Below are positions 38,766 to 48,002 of a DNA stretch of 64,000 nt, piece by piece. The stretch is from Fervidicoccaceae archaeon. GTDB taxonomy: Archaea; Thermoproteota; Thermoprotei_A; Sulfolobales; Fervidicoccaceae. Each line of letters begins with the position of its first letter. Position 1 is the stretch's first letter. Location: the NCBI GenBank assembly GCA_038734945.1, contig JAVYOA010000001.1, positions 62,001 to 126,000 on the forward strand. Direction: 5' to 3'. The translations under genes were made by a program, and so were the position numbers. Under the pieces are notes generated by a model. It searched no databases. It worked only from the letters and a program-made list of their open reading frames with translations, and was not told the DNA's origin.

Positions 38766-39967
38766 TTTCTGATGGCACCTCTTCCGTTTAAGCCTTTCTT
38801 CAGAATGAGAATTGCTGCTGATGCTATCAATAGCATAAATATGCTCCTCCCCTCTAAGCTTCCTGCTACATTATATATATAGCTTGCTCCATTTCTCAAG
38901 ATAATTGTTATCCATCCTATCCAAGGTATTTTCCATCTAACTGTCCCAATTATTTGCTCTATTTTTACTGGATCTGGATCTGCTGTTGGAAGGGCGTCTC
39001 CCCTTGTAACTAATCCTTCTTTGCTTATAGCAACAACTCTGTGGGCAATCAGCTCGCCATTGCTTCCTCTGTAGAGCACTATTTCCCCAAGCTCTGGAGA
39101 CCTATGAGAGAGGGAAACTATTACTATATCCCCTACTTCGAACTGAGGCTTCATGCTCTCGCTCACTATGACAAATGGCTGCAATCTAAGAGATATCATT
39201 GAAAGGAAGAGGATAGCTATAATGAGGAAGCTGCTGATGGGAATCAGCTGCTTCACAATTCTTTTCAATCTGCTGCTGAACAGAGTTAGTCTTGATCCCC
39301 TCAGAGTGCAGTTGAGAGATGAGAAATAAATGAGAAAGAAGAACAGAATGAGGGAATCGAAGCCATACCAAGCAGGTCCCAGAGAAGCGCGAGAAGCAGT
39401 TAGGGGAAAGATCCCCCAATATAAATCCTGGACGAATCTGAATAGAAATGTTGAAATTGGTCCTGAGAGTATTAGGATTGTAGTTAGAAGGGCGCTGTAA
39501 ATGATGAGGTCGAGAGCTCTAGCAGGAAGATTGTAAGAGGATTGCAGCAGAGATAAGGTAGATAGCACGCTTCCCTGGTATAGAAAGCCAGCCATAGTAC
39601 CAACTGCGTACTTCATGCTTTCCCTTTTCATGAATGATATTGATGCTGCTCTTAGTGTTTCAGCTCCAAGGTCCTGTATTGCTATGAGGGGAATATAGGA
39701 TAAAAGAAAGACCGGAGATAGAGCTTGTTTGAAGTCAAAACCGATAGCTAGGCCCATCATCGTGTATATAAGGAGGAGAGAAGTTGATGCTATTAGAGAA
39801 TCGGATAGCTTCAAGATTCCTTTTCCTCTTCTGTGGAGTAATCCTACCGCAGGAAGAACTGAGAGGATCCATAGGTTATAGGAAATCAGAAAGCCTGAGA
39901 AATTCCTCAAAAGTAGGGCTATGTTAGGAGCAAGGATGAGGAGGCTGGCTGAAATGCCAGCCATCAT
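38762..39967 (-). CDS. SipW-type (S26B) signal peptidase I with a large N-terminal polytopic domain
   Basis: VIVSESMKP, GDIV, IAHRV (Ser-His type), TRGDA..DP, IPWIGW. Confidence 0.85.
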   Translation of the reverse strand: MMAGISASLLILAPNIALLLRNFSGFLISYNLWILSVLPAVGLLHRRGKGILKLSDSLIASTSLLLIYTMMGLAIGFDFKQALSPVFLLSYIPLIAIQDLGAETLRAASISFMKRESMKYAVGTMAGFLYQGSVLSTLSLLQSSYNLPARALDLIIYSALLTTILILSGPISTFLFRFVQDLYWGIFPLTASRASLGPAWYGFDSLILFFFLIYFSSLNCTLRGSRLTLFSSRLKRIVKQLIPISSFLIIAILFLSMISLRLQPFVIVSESMKPQFEVGDIVIVSLSHRSPELGEIVLYRGSNGELIAHRVVAISKEGLVTRGDALPTADPDPVKIEQIIGTVRWKIPWIGWITIILRNGASYIYNVAGSLEGRSIFMLLIASAAILILKKGLNGRGAIRK

Positions 39968-40007
39968 GCTTTTCTTCTCTATTGTAAAAAAGCCTTTTCA
40001 CCTCGCT

Positions 40008-41501
40008 CTATTTCTCTTGATGCTGTTGAAGATATATGGTTGCTGAAGCGCTAGCGCTTCCGATATTCGTTATCAGAGTTGCATTGTTAGTGAAGTACTT
40101 ATCCACTGAGCTGTATTCCTGCCCATCTAACCAATCACTCATCTCAAATTTCAAATAGATTAGCACAGAGTCTCCAGAACTTAGTGGTGTTCCCAGGATA
40201 AGAGAGATTTTGGCAGTGTTGTTGTTATTATTGAGATAAATAATTGATGAATTTGTTATCTCATTGAGATTCGAGCCTTTCAATACAAATACATGAATGT
40301 CTGCATTTCCATGGCTAACTTTAACATCGAAATGATCCTCGAATACATCAGTAACGTTTATGCTGAAAATTCCGCTTCCAGTTATGTTCAGGAGTCCATA
40401 GAACACTCCTGGAACTGAGCTCTTTATTTTGCCGTTCTTATCAAGCGTAACGTTCACTATGTAGTTTCCATCCTTCATATCCAGAGGAGTTCCAAGGTAC
40501 CAGCCTGTGGTTTTCCAATTTACATCTGTGTGCCTGAAGTCCTTGGAGATTGAGAGGGAAGGAAATGGCTTCATGCCGAAGTTCAAATTGATTTTATTCT
40601 CTCCAGATGAGAGGCTAACCACTATCTCTGTATAGGTTGTGTTTGTATATCCAGCAGGAGGCATAACTTTAATTATGTAATTACCTGAAGGCAGATTGCC
40701 GAACGAGTAGAAGCCCAAGCTGTTTGTCACAGTCGTTGCTATTAACGCATTTGCGCTGTTCAGTAGCTGAAGTGCTATCCCTTGCAGGGGATCTTCAATA
40801 GGATCATATATTTGGTTCTCGTTAGCATCATGATAAACGTAGCCGCTCAGAGAGCCCCCTTGAACTGAGGGGGGTACCTGATATTCGTTCCACTGCACTG
40901 CCTCTATTGTTATGTTTATTATCAGTGTTGAGCCCATCGGAGCACTCTGCAGAACAACGACATCAAAGCTCAAGTCTGCGCTATTGCCAGGATGCAGCTG
41001 CACTCCAAAGTTATCTCCCCACCAAATGGATACATCTGGCAGTCCATCATTGTTCAGATCCAGGAGCTCGCTGCCATCTATAGCATAGTAATAGTTTCCG
41101 TTTATGCCAACTCTCCATATCTTCAGAGGTATAGTGCCATCGTTTTCCACCTTGAAGGCTGTGTGAGCATAGTACCAGGGATAGGCGTTGTAGATTACCA
41201 TGTTCAGTGTATCATGGTCTCCATCTCCATCGCTGTCTATGAGCTGTATTGCTGTGCATCCAACATTCTTGTCAAGTTGCGTTGCACCTGCATTTGGATA
41301 ATATGTTGCATTCCAATCGTAGCCTGGGAAAGAGCCGCAGGGATCGGATGTGATCACGCTACCTGGAACGAATCTTATATCTAGCTCTCCCGTATTTACA
41401 GAGGTGTTAACTTTGAGGCTTTCCCCCCACATGGCCATAGCTGCTGTTAAAATGCTGCCTATGAAGAGAAGAAGAAAAAACCATATCTTGCTGTTGTTCA
41501 T
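40008..41501 (-). CDS. TasA/AbpA-like secreted protein with an SdrD-B-like domain and a C-terminal beta domain
   Basis: Signal ending AMA|MWGESLKVNTSVNTGEL, NAYP, NDGTIP, QWNE; then LSGYVYHDAN...TTVTNSLGFYSFGNLPSGNY...NFG. Confidence 0.72.
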   Translation of the reverse strand: MNNSKIWFFLLLFIGSILTAAMAMWGESLKVNTSVNTGELDIRFVPGSVITSDPCGSFPGYDWNATYYPNAGATQLDKNVGCTAIQLIDSDGDGDHDTLNMVIYNAYPWYYAHTAFKVENDGTIPLKIWRVGINGNYYYAIDGSELLDLNNDGLPDVSIWWGDNFGVQLHPGNSADLSFDVVVLQSAPMGSTLIINITIEAVQWNEYQVPPSVQGGSLSGYVYHDANENQIYDPIEDPLQGIALQLLNSANALIATTVTNSLGFYSFGNLPSGNYIIKVMPPAGYTNTTYTEIVVSLSSGENKINLNFGMKPFPSLSISKDFRHTDVNWKTTGWYLGTPLDMKDGNYIVNVTLDKNGKIKSSVPGVFYGLLNITGSGIFSINVTDVFEDHFDVKVSHGNADIHVFVLKGSNLNEITNSSIIYLNNNNNTAKISLILGTPLSSGDSVLIYLKFEMSDWLDGQEYSSVDKYFTNNATLITNIGSASASATIYLQQHQEK

Positions 41502-41518
41502 TGTCAATTTCATCACTC

Positions 41519-42073
41519 TTATGGAGTAGTTACTTCATTCCACTGAGCAAATACCAGTGTTACCTCAAATGTATATTGGGCGTTCTCATCGGCGCTCTGA
41601 AGAACTGTTATGCTGAGTGCATATTGTCCAACATCGCCTGGATGAAGCTGGGTGCTCTGAGGTATAGAGAGAGATGCATTAAGGGCCGTACTGTTGAGGC
41701 CTGTTATGCTGCTTGAATACAGCTTAACAGGTATTGTTCCAATATTGGTTACATTGAAGGATATTACGGGAGAATAGCCTGGATACGCATTTCCTATGGT
41801 TACATTTAGCTTTATAACATTTCCATTGCTGTCTAGAACTTCAGATGCTACGCTGCACCATGCAACATCCTTTCCTTCGCTGTTGTCGAAGCCCTGTGCC
41901 TGGGGATCGCTTCCCTCATCGCTGCATTTCCATCCGCTAAATGCTACCTTGACCTCTCCTGTGTTTACTGTGACGTTTAGCCTCAGTGTTTCACTCCACA
42001 TTGCTACTGCTGAGGTTATTAGAGCGAGGGTCACTGCTATTGCTAAAATAGGTATAATATTTTTCCCTTCCAT
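41519..42073 (-). CDS. TasA/AbpA-like fibre subunit with a SipW-class signal peptide
   Basis: AVA|MWSETLRLNVTVNTGEV, GNAYPGY, VTNIGTIPV, QLHPG, FAQWNE; first gene of the sipW operon. Confidence 0.75.
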   Translation of the reverse strand: MEGKNIIPILAIAVTLALITSAVAMWSETLRLNVTVNTGEVKVAFSGWKCSDEGSDPQAQGFDNSEGKDVAWCSVASEVLDSNGNVIKLNVTIGNAYPGYSPVISFNVTNIGTIPVKLYSSSITGLNSTALNASLSIPQSTQLHPGDVGQYALSITVLQSADENAQYTFEVTLVFAQWNEVTTP

Positions 42074-42818
42074 TTTAATTTCACCAAAAAATAATTAAAA
42101 AAATGAGTTCTTTTCTCTGCATCAGCAAGTAGAACAGTTGTTTTTAAGCAATTAACTCGAAAAGCCTGTATTTTATTTATTGTTCAGCAGTAAGCACTTA
42201 TTATATATCAAAAATGTTGTTGCCTCTTCCACAACCAGCTATGAACCCTCTCATGAATAATGATTTCTCTGGCAGCGGGGAATTCCGCTATGTTCGTTAC
42301 TTCTCCTAGTCCCATGCCTCCTTTCAGGAGGTTCCTCTCAGCAACACATATTTTTATATATTCGAGCTGTCAGAGTGCTTCTAGCTATGTTTTTCATGAA
42401 GCTTGTTGAAAGACATTGCAAGTGCTTCCAACATCCCACCACACAATACTTTAAAAGGGTTAGTTAAGCAAATGAGTGAAGCATGCGCTGCTCCATGCTA
42501 AGTTCAATATAAGGATTAAGCACTGCTAATGCCCTCGATTTCTGAAACTGCACTATTGCTCTTCTCTCTGATGCTTGGAGGGCTATAGCTCTGCACATTC
42601 CTGGAAAGGCCGACGAACGCGATCTTTTTGCTAACCATAGCTTCTGCTAAAATCATCAGAGGTCCTCTTTTTTCTTGCTTAATATTTTTAAAATAATGGG
42701 AAAAATGTATAATTATTTTATTTTTTATCTTTTATAAAAAGAAAAGCTTAATATAATTAAGAATACTAATTTAATTTTTGAAATAAAGGAAAAAAACTTG
42801 TCTCCGCTGTGTGGTACC

Positions 42819-43865
42819 ATGAAGTACTACATTGGAAACAGAGATGCCGTGGAAAAGCTATTTGAGGAGCTGAAGGCTTCTGTTATGGTTGTTTATGGAC
42901 CAAAAGTGAAAAATGGAAGTATTGTTTATGGAGAGCTGAATTCAATTAACGAACTCCCATTGGGAGTTGGTGGCATCAGCTCTCTGACGCACCACTCAGT
43001 CAAGGAAGTAGCTCATCCACCTGTTCAGGACTACATAGTCACAGAGGGAAATTATACTTCATATTTAGCTTCTGTGGGGGTAAGCAGTTGGGCACTCTTT
43101 GGTGTTAGACCATGCGATGTTAGTTCGATCAAGATTCTCGATGCCCTTCTCTCGGATGATCCCATCTACAGGCAGAGAAGAGAGAGGTTGCTCTGGATAG
43201 TTGCTGAAGAGTGCTTGGAGGTTGGCCCCTATTGCTTCTGTGGATCCCTGGAAACAGGTCCCTCTGCTACAGAGGGATTCGACATATCCTATGCTTTCAT
43301 AGGGAGAGACTGCGTCCTTTTCAGGAGCGGGACTGAGAGGGGGGACGAGCTTCTATCGAGAATTCCTGTTAGGGAAATTGATGGAGAAAGCAGTGAGCTT
43401 CGGTTTTATGAGAAGAAGGTGGAGGAGGGAAGGAAAAAGGCTGTGAGTGAAACTCTGGCTGTGAGGAATGGATTTGGGGATGCCCTGGATAGATCAATGC
43501 ATGATGCTCAGCTCTGGAGGAAGTTGAGTGAGAGCTGTCTTGGATGCTCAAACTGTAACATGGTTTGCCCTACATGCTCCTGCACTGAGTTCATCGATGA
43601 TCTGAAAATGGATGGAAGTGCCAAGAGAAGCAGGCTCTGGGTTGGATGTCTTTCTCCAGTATATGGGCAAATTGCGGGGATGCATTTCAGAAAGGAGCAA
43701 TACATGAGGTACAGACACTTTGTCCTGCATAAGTTCCTATTCTCCTCATGGAGAATTAAGAGGAATGCATGTGTAGGCTGCGGAAGATGCATCGCCTTTT
43801 GTCCCATGGGAATCGATCTCAGAAAATCGCTTGAGGAGGTGCTTAGCTCCTATGGCCGCAAGTAG
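42819..43865 (+). CDS. hydB: Sulfhydrogenase (group 3b) beta subunit, 4Fe-4S
   Basis: FGVRPCD, C...YCFC, CLGCSNCNMVCPTCSC, HKF, CVGCGRCIAFCP. Confidence 0.88.
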   Translation: MKYYIGNRDAVEKLFEELKASVMVVYGPKVKNGSIVYGELNSINELPLGVGGISSLTHHSVKEVAHPPVQDYIVTEGNYTSYLASVGVSSWALFGVRPCDVSSIKILDALLSDDPIYRQRRERLLWIVAEECLEVGPYCFCGSLETGPSATEGFDISYAFIGRDCVLFRSGTERGDELLSRIPVREIDGESSELRFYEKKVEEGRKKAVSETLAVRNGFGDALDRSMHDAQLWRKLSESCLGCSNCNMVCPTCSCTEFIDDLKMDGSAKRSRLWVGCLSPVYGQIAGMHFRKEQYMRYRHFVLHKFLFSSWRIKRNACVGCGRCIAFCPMGIDLRKSLEEVLSSYGRK

Positions 43866-44691
43866 CATTGCTGTTCCGAAGGTTGCTGAGGTAGTTGAAG
43901 TGAAAAATGAGACCAGGGACACAAAGACATTCAGAATACTTGTTCCTGATAGGAGGAGCGATGAGTTCAGGCCAGGGCAATTCATAATGGTCTACTTGAA
44001 GGGCTTCGGTGAGATACCTATCTCCCTCTCCGACCTGGCTGAGGACACAGATGAAGGGACCATGGTAACAATTACCGTGAGAGGGGTTGGAGTTGTATCT
44101 AGATACATGCTGTCGAGCATCAAGGAAGGGGATAAGATTGGGATTAGAGGCCCCTATGGCAGGGGATGGCCTGTTGAGGAGGCAAAGGGGAAGAACGTTA
44201 TAATTGCTGGGGGCGGAATAGGCTTTGCTCCCCTAAGGCCGGTGCTGAAATTTATTCAGAGAAAAAGGGAGGAATATGGGAGGCTAATAGTAATCTACGG
44301 TTCCAGAGGACCTGCCGAGTTTCTATATAAATACGAGCTCGATTCCTACAGGGCATTTCCTGGAACGGAGTTTGTGTTAACTGTAGATAGACCTGCTGAA
44401 GGATGGGAAGGTGAGGTTGGCTTGGTGCCGGACATTCTGAAGAAGATTAGGTTGGAAGGAAACGAGATGAGCTTCATATGTGGACCGGAGATCATGATGA
44501 AGATTGCCTCAAAGAGGCTCGTTGAAATGGGAGCTGAACCAAGAAGGATTTTCGTTTCGCTGGAGAGGAGGATGAGGTGCGGGTTTGGTGTTTGTGGAAC
44601 ATGCCAGCTCGGACATTACTATGTGTGCAAGGATGGGCCAGTTTTTTCCTATGAGGAGGTCTCCCGCTATATGGAGGTTGAGGGGATATGA
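43852..44691 (+). CDS. hydG: Sulfhydrogenase gamma subunit (FAD/NAD(P), 2Fe-2S)
   Basis: PGQF, GEIPIS, RGPYGRGW, GGGIGFAPLR, CGPEIMM, ERRMRCGFGVCGTC...CKDGPVF. Confidence 0.9.
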   Translation: MAASSIAVPKVAEVVEVKNETRDTKTFRILVPDRRSDEFRPGQFIMVYLKGFGEIPISLSDLAEDTDEGTMVTITVRGVGVVSRYMLSSIKEGDKIGIRGPYGRGWPVEEAKGKNVIIAGGGIGFAPLRPVLKFIQRKREEYGRLIVIYGSRGPAEFLYKYELDSYRAFPGTEFVLTVDRPAEGWEGEVGLVPDILKKIRLEGNEMSFICGPEIMMKIASKRLVEMGAEPRRIFVSLERRMRCGFGVCGTCQLGHYYVCKDGPVFSYEEVSRYMEVEGI

Positions 44692-45479
44692 GCAGGCTGA
44701 GGTTGGGGGTTGATAAGCTCTCATCGTGCTCTGGATGCATTAACGAGATCATATACGCCCTGCTCAGCGATCCTTTGCTTTCCGAGTTGATAGAAATATC
44801 ATATTTTCCAGAGCTTCAGGACACAAATGTATCAGAGGGGGGCTTCGATATATTCTTGATAGAGGGCTCAGTTGTGAATAGAGAGCAGATGGATAGGGTC
44901 AAGGAGATTAGAGAGAAAAGCAAGATTGTGATCGCAGTGGGAACCTGTTCTACATATGGTGGAGTGCAATCTCTGAGAGACAGGATAGATATCAACGATG
45001 TTAAGAGAAATGTGTACCTGAGGCCGGAGCTTATAGAAGTGGAGGAGGAAGTCTATTCAATACCTGAGATAATAAAGACTGATTTAGCAGTGCCAGGATG
45101 CCCGATAAATGGAGATAGTTTCCTCAGGCTCATGAGAAAGCTCGTCCTTGGAGGCGGGGAAGTTCTCATTCTCGAGTCTCTCTGCGCCGAGTGCAAGAGA
45201 AGAGGAAATGAGTGTGTCCTCACTAAAGGGAAGATGCTGTGCCTGGGTCCTGTGGTCCCGGCAGGCTGCGGGGCAATATGCCCAAGCTTTGGAAGGGGGT
45301 GCATAGGCTGCTTTGGAATAAGGGGGGACTTGGCTGCCAAGGATGCTGAAAAGCTGGCTGCAAGGATGGAAAAACTAGGGCTGGGGAAAAGGGAGGACAT
45401 TATTTCCTTCCTTATGAGATTCAGCTATGCGAAGGATAAGGAATATTTCAGCAGAATAGTTGGAGGTGGAGGAAAATGA
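44688..45479 (+). CDS. hydD: Sulfhydrogenase delta (small) subunit
   Basis: SCSGC, EGSV, GTC, PGCP, CAEC, CLGP, GCGAICP, GCIGC. Confidence 0.9.
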   Translation: MSRLRLGVDKLSSCSGCINEIIYALLSDPLLSELIEISYFPELQDTNVSEGGFDIFLIEGSVVNREQMDRVKEIREKSKIVIAVGTCSTYGGVQSLRDRIDINDVKRNVYLRPELIEVEEEVYSIPEIIKTDLAVPGCPINGDSFLRLMRKLVLGGGEVLILESLCAECKRRGNECVLTKGKMLCLGPVVPAGCGAICPSFGRGCIGCFGIRGDLAAKDAEKLAARMEKLGLGKREDIISFLMRFSYAKDKEYFSRIVGGGGK

Positions 45480-46744
45480 GTGCGGAAGAAGCCTTGCTGA
45501 CAAGGGTTGAGGGGGAGGGGAAGGCAAGGCTAGTATTTGTGAACGGGAGAGTTGAGAAAGTTGAAATCCATATTTTTGAAGCACCCAGGTTCATCGAGTA
45601 CATAATGAGAGGCAGGAGACCTGCTGAAGTTCCCGAGATTGCAAGCAGAATATGTGGTATATGCAGCGTCTCATATCAGATGGCCGCTGCTACGGCCTTC
45701 GAGAGGGGAATGGGGATTGAGGTTCCTGCAGAGCAGGATAGGCTGAGGGAAGCGATTTTCTATGCAGAGCACGTGAAGAGCAATGTCCTTCATATACTCT
45801 ATCTTCAGCTTCCCGACCTGCTAGGAGCTCCTTCCTCTCTGGAGGTCTTCAAGAAGGATCCCTCGCTCCACAAAATGGCAGTTGACCTGTTCATGTGGTC
45901 CAGAAAGGTAATGAAGGTTCTCGGCGGAAGGTATCACAACGTTGTAAACATAAGGATAGGTGGGGTCTACAGGATGCCTGAGATAGGTGAGGTTGCCTCC
46001 CTATCCATAGATGCTGAAAGAGCTATAACTAATGCGAGGAAGCTATCCGAATTTGTTCTGGAAAGCGTCGAGAGGCTTCCGAATTATCAGCAGCAGATTA
46101 GAATGATGTCTCTGTGCAGCTCCATCGATTATCCAGTGATATCGAGAGAAATTTGCTTCGAGGAAAGGAGATTCGATGTGAGCAAATTTGAGGACTTTGT
46201 AAGGCCCGAGCAGGTTCCATACTCGAACTCTCTCAGGTACAGAACTAGAGAGGGAGTAGTGTATGTTGTTGGTCCAATTTCAAGATTCAACAATTCTTTC
46301 TATTCGTTGAGGTCTGAGGTCAGGAGAATGCTGAAATCCTTCGGCTTTGCTCCTCCTCTTAGGAACATTCATCATAGTATAATAGCGAGAGCTGCAGAGC
46401 TCTATGAGTTCATCCTGAGACTCGCAGAGTTCATAGATTCCTATAGACCTGAGCAGATAGAGCTCAGAGAGCCGCGCATAGATCCGGGGACATATTGGGG
46501 TGCAGTTGAGGCTCCAAGAGGCATATTGTATCATAGGTACAGAGTAGGTAGTAGAGGGGTCGTTGAGGAAGCCAACATAATCCCTCCAACATCTCAGAAC
46601 TTACTGGCGATGGAGAATTTCTCTATGGAGCATCTATACAGAATGGAGCTCGTAGAAAAAAGGGAAAGTAGGGAAAAGTTGATCCAGGAAGTTCAGAAAG
46701 TCATAAGGCAGTTCGATCCATGCATATCGTGCTCTGTTCATTGA
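45476..46744 (+). CDS. hydA: Sulfhydrogenase alpha ([NiFe] large) subunit, group 3b
   Basis: TRVEGEG, L1 motif RICGIC, EAPRG, L2 motif DPCISCSVH. Confidence 0.93.
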   Translation: MSAEEALLTRVEGEGKARLVFVNGRVEKVEIHIFEAPRFIEYIMRGRRPAEVPEIASRICGICSVSYQMAAATAFERGMGIEVPAEQDRLREAIFYAEHVKSNVLHILYLQLPDLLGAPSSLEVFKKDPSLHKMAVDLFMWSRKVMKVLGGRYHNVVNIRIGGVYRMPEIGEVASLSIDAERAITNARKLSEFVLESVERLPNYQQQIRMMSLCSSIDYPVISREICFEERRFDVSKFEDFVRPEQVPYSNSLRYRTREGVVYVVGPISRFNNSFYSLRSEVRRMLKSFGFAPPLRNIHHSIIARAAELYEFILRLAEFIDSYRPEQIELREPRIDPGTYWGAVEAPRGILYHRYRVGSRGVVEEANIIPPTSQNLLAMENFSMEHLYRMELVEKRESREKLIQEVQKVIRQFDPCISCSVH

Positions 46745-46754
46745 TTTTGTAGGC

Positions 46755-48002
46755 TCATTCATAGCGGAGGGCTTTTACGGGATCCATGCTGGCAGCCTTT
46801 CTCGCTGGATATATGCTAGATACTAGGCTGACTCCTATTCCTAGGGCTACTGATATAGCTACTATTGTTGGATTTATGTAAGGTTGATAGCTGAGTGCTA
46901 TTGTAGCACTCGCTCCTCTCATTCCTATTCTCGAGGTAGATGTTGGAAATGGAGAAAAACTGCCTGTGAGAATTCCTGGAATCATATATGATAGAAGTGT
47001 GCCGACTATTATTCCTATGAAAGAACCAAGAGCTCCTATAAGAATGCCTTCAACGAGAATTTGGGCCATAACCTGTCTGCTCTTGAAGCCGATGGCCTTC
47101 ATTGTTCCTATCTCTCTCGTTCTCTCAGTCACTGTTACAAGCATCATGTTTATTATGCCCAGAGCTGCTGCTAGCAGCGATATTGCTGCTATTCCTCCTA
47201 GCAGTATTGACATTTGCCCTATCACGCTCTGCATGGTCTGGGCTATCTGTGTTGGTGAAAGAGCATTTACAGAGCTTCCATATATGTTCCTGAGATCCTG
47301 CTCTACTGTGTCTATGTAGCTGACGCTGCTCACCTTTATTAGAAGCATGTCATATCCTCCAGCTCCGCTTAGCTGCATTGCTGCCTGGATTGGGATGAAT
47401 ATGCTAGTATCTGGGGATATGAAGCTCATTGCTCCATAGCTATTGAGAACGCCTGATACAATCAATATGGCTTGAGAAGCAGACTGTGAGAAGCCACCTC
47501 TGTTTAGAGTGACTGTGATCACCTGCCCGGGGGATATAAGAAGCTGGTTGGTTGTATTGGAGAAAGCCAGATCGTGGCCTATAACAGCCATGGGAACGGC
47601 TGAATCCTGATAGAGCGCTCCTGCTGCCAAATTCACCTCTCCCAGGATTGATGTAATATATTGAGAGGAGATGCCGTATATGGTTGCTGATGACGTTGAG
47701 TCTCCTATGGTAACCGTGCCTGTGAGTCTAACTATTGGAATCACCTGGTTGACTCCATCAAGGGTACTTATTACATATACGTCGGGATCCGTCAGTCTCC
47801 TTCCCATGACGTTCACCAAGATGGTGTCTGGTCCAAGCTTCTGGAGCTGTGAGGATATGCTTCTTCCTATTCCTTCCGTCTGGGAAGTAAGAGCTATTAT
47901 AGCAGCTATGCCGATTGTCACGCTGAGTATCAGCAGTATAGTTCTGACTTTGTGCCTAGAGAGAGCCCTGAATGCTAGAAAAAATATATCGTTTATTCTC
48001 AT
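46755..48002 (-). CDS. MacB/FtsX-family ABC permease
   Basis: RTILLILSVTIG, large extracellular loop, GIINMMLVTVTERTREIGTMKAIG, YPARKAASMDPVKALRYE. Confidence 0.92.
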   Translation of the reverse strand: MRINDIFFLAFRALSRHKVRTILLILSVTIGIAAIIALTSQTEGIGRSISSQLQKLGPDTILVNVMGRRLTDPDVYVISTLDGVNQVIPIVRLTGTVTIGDSTSSATIYGISSQYITSILGEVNLAAGALYQDSAVPMAVIGHDLAFSNTTNQLLISPGQVITVTLNRGGFSQSASQAILIVSGVLNSYGAMSFISPDTSIFIPIQAAMQLSGAGGYDMLLIKVSSVSYIDTVEQDLRNIYGSSVNALSPTQIAQTMQSVIGQMSILLGGIAAISLLAAALGIINMMLVTVTERTREIGTMKAIGFKSRQVMAQILVEGILIGALGSFIGIIVGTLLSYMIPGILTGSFSPFPTSTSRIGMRGASATIALSYQPYINPTIVAISVALGIGVSLVSSIYPARKAASMDPVKALRYE

